A stretch of DNA of 64,000 nucleotides, from contig NW_027266265.1 of the NCBI RefSeq assembly GCF_022045235.1, forward strand, positions 248,001 to 312,000, written 5' to 3'. Below the pieces are notes generated by a model that was not told where the DNA came from, made no database searches, and worked only from the letters and a program-made list of their open reading frames with translations. Origin of the DNA: Haliotis cracherodii. Its lineage: Eukaryota. Both the position numbers and the translations under genes were made by a program. Shown here piece by piece: positions 24,851 through 36,659 of the stretch (its first letter is position 1; every line of letters begins with the position of its first letter).

Positions 24851-25268
24851 GTCGAGTTTGGACCAGACAATCCAGTGTTTGACATCATGAGCATCGATCC
24901 ACGCAGTTGGGATTGGATGACATACATCAACTAAGTCAGCGAGCCTGACCACCCGGCAGGCATTGGTTGCAGAAGACCTATTTTTATGTCTATGTATTTA
25001 TGTTTTTTCAAAATGATCAATCATTTGTGTGCGTTGCATGTTTGTTGTTGAAAGCTGCACTCAGCAATATTACAGCTATATGACGGCGATCTCTAAATAA
25101 TCTAGTGTGGACTAAACAAGCCAGTGATTGACATCAAGAGCATCTATCTACGCAATTGTGATATGAGTACACGCATCAACCAAGTCAGCGAGCCTGACCA
25201 CCTAATTCCGTTAGTCGCCTTTTACAAGCGTTGCTAAAGACCTATTCTAACCCGGATCTTCACGGGAC
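24851..25268 (-). mobile_element. Two family X SINE-like copies (partial 24851-24985; near full 25040-25268)
   Basis: Reverse-complement matches to the family X body. Confidence 0.85.
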
Positions 25269-26509
25269 CAGAAATTGGGTGCTGGATTATTGACTGTAAT
25301 ATTTTATGGCTGACTAAGCTTTGAGTATAAGCTTTATGCCCCTAATCAGTTAAATACACTAAGCTGAAACGTTCACGTTAGGGTCTTAGCAGAAGAAATG
25401 AACTTGCCTAGCTTGTTTCCATTTGTCTGATGCTCTATTTTCGTACACATTTGTGATTAATTTTAATCCCAAAAATAACAATTATTACATTTGACAACTT
25501 TCTAAATGGGACTGTGTGTTCATGTTGCACCTAATTGTTGGAAATGAATAATCAATATTTAGCAGATGGGAAACAAATTTGACATATTTTAAATATTTTT
25601 TGTCAAAAGTTATGAATAAAGTGTGCCAATCCACATAGAGATTGAGAATGGATTAAATATAATATAATACAGATCACAAAGAATATTCTAAAAAGAGAAT
25701 TTTGGAGAGTAATAACTATGAACGAGCAATGATTGACAATTTTAGACAGCCAGATGTTGGATAACAGGAATGATAACTTAGAACAGCAATAAGGTTTGAG
25801 AAGGGGGAAAAGAGAACAAATAAGTTTTACCGTTTAGAAAAAGCACATTCGAGGAGATAAAAAATTAAGGATTGTAACAGCAAATAATGAAGTAATTACC
25901 GATGAAAAAAGAATGTTACAACAATTAGAAATGGTTATGAAGATTTATATTCACGGAAGATAGGCCCCTAGAATCTGATTTTGATTTTAAAAAATTGGGG
26001 GTTGAAGAAAAAAATTCAGAAAGAATCATTTGAAGAGGACGTAGCAGCACAAGAACTGTAACCAAGCTTGATGCAAATGACAAGTAACAAAATCTCCTGG
26101 GTGTGATGCCATGCCAACAGAGTTCTATCAGCAATTCTGGCATTAAGTGCCTTGTATGAGAAGTTTACAGTATACACTTCAAACAGGAACTATGCCACTA
26201 TCTCAGTAGCGTGGAATAATGACATTGTTGGATATACAAGGCAATGATCCTTTGCTATTTGAGAACGCCAAAAACTGTACGTAATATGAATTACAAGAAA
26301 ACATTGATGCAGAGCATTAAAGTTCCCCGCCATATGTGATGCCTCCCAAACGCATAATTATGATGTTACTGAAAGGCATGATGGAGCATAATTATATATA
26401 CCAAAAATAAATAACACAACGCTGTTGTGGAAATTTTTAAAAATTTATTTTGAGTATTGGGCAATACAGTTGATACATTTGCATAGGGTAGGTCTATTTA
26501 AAAATAGTT

Positions 26510-26732
26510 TCTTGTTTAACGCCGCACTAAGCAGTATTCCAGCCATATAACGGCGGTCTGTAAATAATCAAGTGCGGACCAGATCATCCAGTGATTGACA
26601 CCAAGAGCATCGAACTACGCAATTTCAATATGATGTTATGCATCGACCAAATCGGCGAGCCTGACTACACAATCCTGTTCGTCGCCTTTTACGGCAAGCA
26701 TCGGTTGCTGAAGACCTATTCTAACCTCGGAC
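26510..26732 (-). mobile_element. Family X SINE-like copy
   Basis: Reverse-complement match; diverged. Confidence 0.85.
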
Positions 26733-27206
26733 TTTCTTTAAAAAGTAGATCTAAGGAAATGGAAGCAATTTCTGGCACAAATGTAAACATGTGAAAATAG
26801 TATCAACACTGCCAACAACATTGGCAGATGCATAAACTCAAATAATAGACCACATTCTTATTACACTTGGCATTTGGTTATAATAAAATACTAAGGGCTC
26901 CATATGGCAAAAAAGTCATAATAGACTTTTTGTCACAACCACAGATGCACATACTCAAAATATTATCACGTAGTTGGAGAACATTTCAATACCAGGACTA
27001 ATCAATAACGGAGATTCCTCGTCTCTTGTTTTACGTTTTTTGGTCAGTTTCCTTTTTGTATTTCTTTCTTTCAAAGAATAGTAATTGTGATCATGATGAG
27101 TTGAGTTACTTGTTTTTTACTATGTACTGTTTTTTATCCAGTGTCAATAACTGTTGTGGAATGTGGTTTACTTGTAACAATGACTGGTTTGAGTTCATAT
27201 GATGAT

Positions 27207-27393
27207 GATTGATTGGTTTGTCGTTTAACGCCGCACTCAGCAATATCCCAGCTATATGACGGCGTTCTGTAAATAATCGAGTCTGGACCAGACAATCCAG
27301 TGCCTAATATCATGAGCATCGAATCAACGCAATTGGGATCGATGCCATGCATCAACCAAAGCCTGGCTATCCGATCCCGTTTGTCGCCTCTTA
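27207..27393 (-). mobile_element. Family X SINE-like copy, 5' truncated, inserted at the end of the DUB-like relic
   Basis: Reverse-complement match. It supplies the spurious C-terminus of ORF 27134..27790. Confidence 0.9.
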
Positions 27394-27960
27394 CTGTTAA
27401 GATGTAACATAACAATTCATCCATACTACTTAACAGAAGTAAAACCGCTTGTCCATTCGGATCAATCTGACCCAAACCATTCCGCTGATGAGAGTCAAAT
27501 AATGAATACGGATCAAAATCCGTACAAATTGCAATGGAGACATCATTAAAAGTTACCAAAAGTGACGGGAATATCAGTATTGCTTTTAGAAACGATTCTA
27601 TGAAATTTGTTTTCCCTGCATCAATATTTGGAGCACCTGTGACGGAACCATAAAACTGATTATGACCCAAATACCCCTCATAGCCTTCGGTGTTAACTAT
27701 GTGACTGTAGAGAGCTGTGCCTTCATCGAACAGATTATCGAGGTCAGTTGAACACGGTACAGACGCAAATAGATTTGAGCCATGGGACACAAAATATATG
27801 AGTGACCAGAGCTACGGCTGTAAATTGAATTCCATTAAACTGTTGAAAAATACTACAGCCTTGATGCAAATTCGCCGACACACTACTCCGATTTTGCTTT
27901 GACTTTGCTACCAAACGTTTCACATGTGGCTATGTGCGGTGCACTGATTAAAAACACCGG
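27394..27960 (-). pseudogene. Herpes-tegument-like (peptidase C76/VTD) deubiquitinase relic, probably Helitron/Helentron-derived
   Basis: DLDNLFDEGTALY..YSLFDSHQRNGLGQIDPNGQAVLL..SMDELLCYI. The upstream decayed FG..E*CV may be the catalytic QC motif. Confidence 0.65.
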
Positions 27961-30200
27961 GGGACTGGTTTAATTCAAAATACGGAATATAACTATTCCA
28001 AATATTTCCAGTGAACATGAGCATCCAAACAATCAAAAGTGTGGTATGTAGAATGTGGAATTCAGCCATATTACATTTAAATTGAGATGGCGTTGTTGTT
28101 CATGAATAAGCATATTCAGAACATATTTTTTATTATGCTGTTATTTACGATCTCCGGAGCACAGTTCTTCTTTTGTATACACCGTGAAAATCAGAAAATT
28201 AGTCCTTGATGAAAAAAGGACATCGGTTTACACATGAATGGTTTAATAATGTCAGCTAATGACCAGAAACGGTCAGATGCGTCAATCAACTACATAAAGA
28301 CGATTTTGAAGTATCTCTTATTGCTGGAAAAGAACAGCATCAACATTCCACGCACATGATTTGTATGTTTCGTTCCCGTAAATGCGTGGCTTGAAATTTC
28401 AAATAAACCAACATGTCGACCACATCCATGCTACAAAATTAACGTTTCCCTATACTTCCCCGCCCTTATCAAGAATAAGATAAAAGCAAAGGCTATAGCT
28501 AATGTATTGAAAAATGTGCTGCCCGATATTATTCACCCTGCCCAGACAGGATTTGTAAAAGGTACATGTAGATATTGGTGAGAATATTAGATTTTTATTG
28601 GTCCTGTTGGAGTCGTATGATGATTCAGATATTAGTTTCTCTAGATTTTCAAAAAGCTTTTGACTCCATTGAATGGGATTAAATGCTGTAACGTTTTGAA
28701 AAGATATATTTTGGGGTCACAATGTATACATGGGGATAAGGAAGTGAAAGGAGTTTATTTTGCAGGTGATACAAATTTAAGCTCAGAAATTAAAGCAGTT
28801 TAATAATTTAATAACTCGCAACGATCTACAGGCTTAAAGATCAATGTGAAAAAGAGTAGTATTATGCCCATTCAGAATCAACAGGAGTAAATGGAATTGA
28901 GGTAGTATAACGGTATGAATGGAATTCAGCTATTTAGAGATAATAGTAGACTGGCAACTGAAAATATTAGACCACAAATTCTAAAAATAAAGAAGATTCC
29001 AAATGTGGTCATCAAGAAATTTATCACATTTTGGAAGAATTTTGCTATCCAAAGGGGAAGGTTTAGTTTACCAAAGTAGCATGATGCAAGTACCATCAAA
29101 ATTATGTAAAATATCAACTTTGAATTGTTTAAATTTATTTGGAATTAGAAAAAGGAAAATGTGAAACGAACAACTATAATAAATTCAAAGGAATATGGTG
29201 GAGCTTCGGCTTTAGAGGTTACATGAAGTGAAGCACTATATTTAGCATGGATACCAAGATTCTATTCTTCAAGCGGCTGTTGAAAAGTTTATACCAGATT
29301 TGTGTTTTAATCAAGTAGGAGCAATTCCATTTCTTTCAAGATGTAATAATGATGTGAATATGCTAAATATTTCTTTACCATCTTTTTATAAAAACATGTC
29401 GAATTGCTGGTTGAAATTGCAGAGATAGAAAACGATATTTTCAACCAAATAATATGGAACAATTGATATGTCACAATAAACAAAAATCCATTTGTAATGT
29501 GTGTTGGGTAGAATCTGTAATTGATATTGTAAGAGATTTGATGGATGATAGTGGAAGGATAATGACCCAACAGGAAAGGCAACACACATATAATCTGAAT
29601 ATTACCAATAGATATGATAATAATATTACAAACTGTTAAAGGAGCAATAGTGTGCAATATATATTACCCTTAAAGACAACGAATTCAGTTTTCGTTTGAA
29701 GCACCCCCAGGGCTGCAGGAAAAGATCATAAACCAACATATATAAAGTTAAAACAGTTTTATTAATTTTTGATTAAAAGGAAAATGACTGTGCCTTATAA
29801 GTTTGTAGACTCATCACAGAAGGGCAAGATATATGCTTTTATTATAGACCTTCCACTACCCAATACGCTGAAGAAATTGCAGTTTAAAATTATACAAAAC
29901 ATTGGGCCTTGTAAAAAAGTGCCTTTTAAGCTCAACATAGTAAAACACCAGATTGTAATGTTTGTGAAACAGGAGATGACATAAACCTTTACCTTTTTGG
30001 CTGCAGTAATGTTGCTGAAATAGTGAAAAAAATATGAAACATTTCTTAATAAGTAAACAAAACAACCTCTTTCAATCAATTCATTACTGTATGGTTCATT
30101 AGATAATACTCACCCTGTATTCATATTTCTGAAACTTTATGTAGAATATTTTATATTTAAGTCTCAATAGGCAAATATTAAGTTGTAGGTAGAAAATAAT

Positions 30201-30203
<3 letters not shown>

Positions 30204-30259
<56 letters not shown>
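30204..30259. repeat. (TA)n microsatellite
   Basis: About 28 units. Confidence 0.98.
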
Positions 30260-30262
<3 letters not shown>

Positions 30263-30595
30263 TACCTTGCAATGTTATTAACTGATCTGCACATTTGAAC
30301 ATTGTTTACTGTATAATTTGGAAAAGCGGCGTTAAACCCAACTCACTCACTCCAAATCATTGTCTTCGGCATGTCAGGTACAAGCTATGACATCCTCAAT
30401 GAATGAAAGCAATCTGAATAATTTCATTTAATTATTGTGATAAGTAAAGACTTACATATGCCTCAAAACGAAAGGTGTCTGTGATACGTGTATGACTACC
30501 TAACTGAATCAGACGTACCCGAATACAGTTAGTGCCTGTCAATATAGAAGACAAATAACATACCTTAATATTCCGTTGTCTGCAATGCTGACTGT

Positions 30596-31170
30596 GCGAC
30601 GGTTGAACTCCAAGGGTAGGGTGATGAAGTGCCGAGGACTGTATGACGAACCCGAAAGCCACGGAATTGTGTTTTTTACTCCGTTACTCCCGAGCTCGTC
30701 ATACCGACATCGGCTTTTCGACCCTGCTACGACGGTAGAACTCTAAGAGTAGCCTTCTGTGACATCCTGTGGGTAGGGTGATGAAGTGCCGAGGACTGTA
30801 TGACGAACCCGACAGCCACGGAATTGTGTTTTTTACTCCGTTACTCCCGAGCTCGTCATACCGACATCGGCTTTTCGACCCTGCTATGACGGTAGATCTC
30901 CAAGAGTAGCCTTCTGTTACATCCTGTGGGTAGGGTGATGAAGTGCCGAGGTCTGTATGACGAACCCGGCAGCCACGGAATTGGTTTTCACTCCGTAGCT
31001 ACCGACCTCGGCATACCGACATCAGCTTTATGACACTGCCGTCTGTTACATCCTGTGGGCAGGGTGTGGAATCGCCGAGACCTGTATGGCCCACCCAGCA
31101 GCCACGGTATTGGTTTTCACTCTGCGGCCATACCGACATCGGCATTACGTCCTACTACGACGGTAGAACT
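30596..31170. repeat. 157-bp tandem repeat (~3.7 units), each unit an imperfect inverted repeat
   Basis: Units start at 30614, 30771, 30928 and 31057. Unit 3 is shortened to 129 bp and unit 4 is diverged. Confidence 0.95.
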
Positions 31171-31760
31171 TTCATTAAGAACCTATATAAACTTTCACAG
31201 GAAGTACAATTCACCATGAAAATAATCCATTTGCTCATGTTTTAGATGAAGTAGAATAAGTACCCAAAGACAGCAGAGATCAGCAATTCAAGATAGATTA
31301 TAGTGTCTGTAATTCTGATCAGTTAAAAAGATTTATATGCTTTAAAATATTCATGAAATACCTGTCTATAGCGGTGTCGGCTGGTGCACTGGACATCCCA
31401 GCCTCGGATATTCAACGTAGTGCTGTGCTGAACTTTTCCCTTTGATCACTGGAACCTTCAGACAGCGGAATGACGCGAGAAGGCCAGTCACTTCGTGGTC
31501 CTGTCAACAACTCACAGTAGGCCTTTTGATTGGCCAGCTCTCAACAAGGATTGTCTGGGTATAAGAGGCTCCACCCCCTTTCTCGTGCCACGACAATCTC
31601 CAGTGTCAGTGAAAGCGTGTCATGGTATAAATAGAAACAATCACTGGCCTGGCTTGGCCTGTCTGAAATTGTAGACAAAACATTTCATAATGCCTTTTTT
31701 TAGAATCAGTCTGCTGAAATTAAAACATATATCTCCTGGATTGTCAGGATGCTCTGCTGC

Positions 31761-31767
31761 AATAATG

Positions 31768-31821
<54 letters not shown>

Positions 31822-31822
31822 T
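31761..31822. repeat. (ATA)n microsatellite
   Basis: About 20 units; source of the poly-Ile ORFs. Confidence 0.98.
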
Positions 31823-32054
31823 CAACAAACACATCAAAACAAAATACAAAACTTAAGTTTAAGCGTAATATTTAAATAAAAAAAGATTTTAAGAAGCTCT
31901 GGGCAACAAAAACATAAACCCGTTTATGAGTATATAATAACTTTACGATTTGTTGAAAATGGAGATACTAGTTGGGATGAAAGATGTACGAGCTCTTCTA
32001 GTTTTTACAACTGGATTTTGGTAGCGGCGGCCTGAAGGCAAAAATGAAGATACG

Positions 32055-32390
32055 CTTTAAGTTTGTACAGGTTATACAGTGACATGACCAAACCCCTCAC
32101 ACTTTAGGTTTGTACAGGTTATACAGTGACATGACCAAACCCCTCACACTTTAAGTTTGTACAGGTTATACAGTGACATGACCAAACCCCTCACACTTTA
32201 GGTTTGTACAGGTTATACAGTGACATGACCAAACCCCTCACACTTTAAGTTTGTACAGGTTATACAGTGACAGGACCAAACCCCTCACACTTTAGGTTTG
32301 TACAGGTTATACAGTGACATGACCAAACCCCTCACACTTTAAGTTTGTACAGGTTATACAGTGACATGACCAAACCCCGCACACTCTAGG
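32055..32390. repeat. 47-bp minisatellite, 7 full units plus a partial
   Basis: CTTTARGTTTGTACAGGTTATACAGTGACATGACCAAACCCCTCACA starting at 32055, 32102, 32149, 32196, 32243, 32290 and 32337. Confidence 0.98.
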
Positions 32391-33254
32391 TGTGAGGATT
32401 TGGATAAAGTTTTGGTCGTAAAATGGATTGAATAATTTACTAAACATTGACATAGTTGAGGTCCTGATTTAACTTATGGATTGTGGCCGCTCACAGTATG
32501 TCAGTGCAATGTCTGATGGCGACTGACGGAGAGGTTTGTGCCACATATACGACGTGCCGTCCTGCACTGTGACTAGAACAGTCGGGTGTTGTGAATATAA
32601 CCTGCATACAGCCATTACTGCATGCATTGTTAGGAATACTTTTAGGCGTGTTTTGATTTTCAACGAGCCCTGATTTTATAGTGTTATGCATGTTCGAAAT
32701 CACCTCTCAGGCTACAAGGCATAAGAAACTGAAACTGTGTATGAATGATATGGTCTCTCTAAAACATACTCACCGAATTCCGACTCGACTTTAACCATGA
32801 CTGCCATTATTTCAACAGAGCTTTAGCGCCTTCTTCCAATTGAAATTACTTGCAAATATGATAAACAAATAATTATTCGTTGTTGCGAAAAAAGTAACAT
32901 GTTAGGTTCAAAGAAACAAATGTTACAATTGTTAATGGCGTCTGTATTTTTTCATAATGTGCACAAACTTCGGCATATCATCTTGGTCAGCGTCTACGAG
33001 GTTACCGTTAATCTCATGTCGCACGGGGGCTAGGAATGCATGCCGCACGTGCGGCACGAGCAAAGACAGTTGTAACCCTGCAAGCTTACTGGTTTGATAA
33101 GAAATTCTCAACAACAGTTACTGTGACCATTTCAATGTATTAATAACTGCGCTGTATATTCACTATGACTTTATGGTTTTACCAAATGATCAATCATCTG
33201 TGTACATAACAAACTGTTTGCTAAAACTGATAATTTCGCCTGATGTTGCAGTTT

Positions 33255-33722
33255 TTTTGTTTGTTTGTTTGTTTAACGCCGCACTCATCAATATTCCAGC
33301 TACATGGCGGTGGTCTGTAAATAATCGAATCTGGACCAGACAACACAGTGATTGACGTCATGAGCATCTATATACGCAATTGTGATACCACCTGATCCCG
33401 TTAGTCGCCTCGTACGAGAGGGATGGTTCACTGAAGACCAATTCTAACTCGCATCATTACGGGTCTGGTTGGTTGGTTGGTTTGTTGTTTAACGCCGCAG
33501 CTGTATGACGGCGGTGTGTAAATAATCGAATATGGACCAGACAATCCAGTGATTGATATCATGAGCATCGATCCACGCAATTGGGACCGATGACATGCAT
33601 CAACCAAGTCAGCGAGCCTGACCCCCCGATCCCGTTAGCCGCCTTTTACGACAAGCATAGTCACCTTTTACGGCACGCATGGGTTGCTGAAGACCTATTC
33701 AACCCCGGAATCTTCACGGGAT
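33255..33722 (-). mobile_element. Two tandem family X SINE-like copies (33255-33465 internally deleted; 33467-33722 full)
   Basis: Reverse-complement matches, each with a (AAAC)/(CCAA)n tail. Confidence 0.9.
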
Positions 33723-34018
33723 CACGGGTCTGGTGTGGTTTAAATGCGTGTTGGTGTGTTAAATTTCATGTTGGTCATTCGCTTTAAAAACATCGTAATC
33801 TGTGAGCGTAAGAGCTTGTATAAAGAGCAGACAAACTGCAAGGCAGAATTTGAATTTTGTAACTAAATGTTGTGTAACTAAACATTTCAAACATATTCGA
33901 AGACCATATGGGTCCATATTCATCCAAATTAAACACCAGAAACACACACCAGAATGTAACATCAGAAACACTTTCAACTGTTGATTTTAAACATTATAAT
34001 CTGAACACGAACCGTGTA

Positions 34019-34114
34019 ACTGAGAATGTGAGCCAAGGGTTGTGGGACACTGGGGAGGACCGAAGGCCGAAGGCCCGACTCAATATCCCAATGTCCCGGG
34101 TTTACATTATCAGT
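34019..34114. repeat. Imperfect ~36-bp-arm hairpin with a CCGAAGG-repeat loop (possible Crypton-like element end)
   Basis: ACTGAGAATGTGAGCC..TGGGACACTGGG vs CTCAATATCCCA..GGTTTACATTATCAGT; about two-thirds paired. Confidence 0.55.
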
Positions 34115-34845
34115 CAAAACCGAGGAGGTTTTTATCCAACTCATAAAATGTCTAAATGCAAGAAATACTAGAAAGAATAAGAACACACCGGGATACCGTA
34201 TAGTGAAACAATACAGTGCATCGCGTTATAAAAGGATTTCGACAGCAGGCGAGAGAAAGACCACGTGCATCATGCGCACTACTGAAGTTGTAAGATGTAA
34301 GATTGAATGTAAGATTAAAATACATGACATGTAAGATTGAATTATCACCTGCCTCGGTGGCTCAGTGGGAAAACAGAAGGTTACAAAACTAAACATGATA
34401 TGTAAAGTTGTGAAAAAAAATGTGACTTTTAACCAATCAAAAATCAACATTGAAGGCCAGGTTATAAGGCTAGAGGGTAAACTCCTAAAGCTGAGTATAC
34501 CTACCGGATGCCCGGGGTTTCCTGGTTAATTAATACATTCGCAGTTTATCAACATTGTAAAGAACCTACTCACACACAGTAGTGTTACTTCAGAAAAGGT
34601 TTAAACGTGTGTCTTTGAACAACAAAGCCTCTTATCCCTGGTATTACCGGACTGAGAACAGTAACAGACTAGTCACTAGTTTCAGGGGAGATCCTTGGTT
34701 TCATGACTTAATGTTGGTTACATAGAAATAGTGGAAGCGTCGACATGCCATATTCATTGACTGGTTATTATTGATGGATGCAACTCTCCCTTTCTCGTAA
34801 CCCTGGAATACTAGACCTATCGACGTCGACCATGATATCTCGCAA

Positions 34846-35006
34846 CCGCCTCCGTGCTCTAGTGGATAGAGCGTCTGCCTGGAGATCGGAAGGTTGTTTA
34901 TTCAATCCCCAAGACATGGCGACTAACGGGATCGGGTGGTCAGGCTCACTGATTTGATTGATCAATCAACCAATCAACCAAGCAATCAATCAAGCAATCA
35001 ATCAAT
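34846..35006 (+). mobile_element. Chimeric fragment: tRNA-like SINE head joined to the family X middle segment, then (CAAT)n
   Basis: CTAGTGGATAGAGCG A-box and TTCAATCCCC B-box remnant, followed by GGCGACTAACGGGATCGGGTGGTCAGGCTC. Confidence 0.6.
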
Positions 35007-35059
35007 AGGCCCGAGGCCTATAGTACATATGACAGAGATGTTGCACACAATTTTAACTA

Positions 35060-36528
35060 TACTGAACCGCAAAGGAAACGTCACTCCAAGTAAGATTGCA
35101 TGAAAAGTTGTCATTTAAATATCTGTGAAATTTTGTCAAAGTTTCTGAAATTTAACATTACCTTGTCAGGAAAAATGAAATTTGATGATAAAAAAAACAA
35201 AGATGACAATAAAACCGATAGCCCAAACGCACCACGGCACGCGGGCTCCGTGCAAATTGAAATGCTCATACGTTCCCCCATTTCCTGCCCTATAAAAAGA
35301 CACCCAGATCGGATAACATTCATTCGTTATTGAATTGCTACCACATGCCAAGATTGACAAGAAATTAGCGACACCAAGCCCTTGGACGATTGCAAACTGG
35401 ACAAACCGCCCGGCAAGTAGCCAATGCATTTCAAGTCCACGTAAGGACCATTTACCGGCTCCAGCAACGGTACCAGACCACCAACACTACAGATGACCGA
35501 CCACGTAGTGGAAGACCAAGGGTCACCACCCGACGTTAGGATCATCAGATTGTGCGACAGCATCTTCAAGATCGCTTTGTTACTGCTGCAGAAACTGCTC
35601 GACAGACCATGGGGACACACCAGCGACACATTAGTGCGGACACCGTGCGTCGACGATTGACGAGCAGACACCTCCACTGTCACAAGCCACACCGAAGACC
35701 CATTCTGACACCACGTTATCGCTGGGACCGTCTTCAGAGGGCAACACAGCACCAGCATTGGCACCACCAGCAGTGGAGAAGAGTCCTCTTCTCAGACGAG
35801 AGCCGTTACTGTATCTCAACAGCAGATGGTAGAGAGAGAGTCTGGCGACACCGTGGGGAACATTATTCAGATGCTTGTGTTGTTAAGAGAGACTCGTGGG
35901 GTCGTCCGAGCATCATGGTGTGGGGTTGAATTGGTCTTGCACAGAGGGTCGTCCCTGTGGTCTTCCAGAACATCGGTCCAGGGAGAGGCAATGGTGTCAC
36001 AGTAGCTCGGTACATTGATCAAGTCTTGAGACCACACGCCATACCGCCGCAACCACGAGTTTCATCATGATAACGCCCATGCCCACATTGCAAGAGCAAC
36101 AAGAGAACCATGCAGTGACCTGGCATCAGTCCCGATATTTATCCCATTGAGCACCCGTGGGACGAGATTCAAAGACGGCTGAATGACGTCCGCCCAAGGC
36201 CGACAACTGCAGCTGAACTGCATCAGGTGTTCCTCAGAGTGTGGGCTCAAGTGCCTATGGCCTTCATGAACCGCCTCATCCATTCCATGTATCGACGTTG
36301 CACGGCAGTCATCAATGCACATGGCTGACACACGAGATACTGACTTCTGATGCCATTTTCTCAGGGACTAGTGTTGTGTTTCACTTTAAGAACGTTTGAC
36401 ACTTTAATTTCAACCTTGATGATCAGTTTTGCCAAGTTTTTCCAAGTCTCAAAGTATGTGTACAGTGTTTGGACAAATAAGGTTTCTCATATATCTATCC
36501 ATGGTGACGTTTCCTTTGCGGTTCAGTA
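35060..36528 (+). mobile_element. Tc1/mariner DNA transposon, complete ends, transposase pseudogenised
   Basis: Perfect 25-bp TIR TACTGAACCGCAAAGGAAACGTCAC (35060-35084 / 36504-36528) with TA TSDs on both sides. Confidence 0.95.
35345..36343 (+). pseudogene. Tc1-family DDE transposase (stops and frameshifts)
   Basis: MPRLT start, VLFSDESR, MVWG, HDNA, SPDIYPIEHPWD, HTRY* end. Confidence 0.9.
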
Positions 36529-36659
36529 TATTATTTACACTTTTGGTTCAATATAACAATGCGTGGGATATGTACATGGCTAAGTTTTGCATTATCAATT
36601 TATCTAGACAAATTGTCGGAATTTCACAATATTTGGATCGTTAAAGTAGTATACAGGAA

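Larger units (their letters stand above)
25330..30110 (+). pseudogene. Tx1/L1-clade ORF2 relic split by a ~2.2-kb insertion (~26270-28480)
   Basis: KSPGCDAMPTEFYQQFW (~26090), then IANVLKNVLPDIIHPAQTGFVKG and LDFQKAFDSIEW (28495-28680); C-terminal LQFKIIQNI. Confidence 0.75.

Noticed and set aside
27134-27790. Intact 218-aa gene
   Set aside because: The C-terminal third is read-through of a SINE, and the putative catalytic N-terminus is broken.
30614-30770. Hammerhead ribozyme (GTGATGA..CGAAA) in the 157-bp unit
   Set aside because: The core is GUGAUGA rather than CUGANGA, GAAA is present only in unit 1, and the flanks pair as a rod rather than a three-way junction.
32055-32390. CRISPR-like array
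   Set aside because: Units are contiguous with no unique spacers, there are no cas genes, and the context is eukaryotic.
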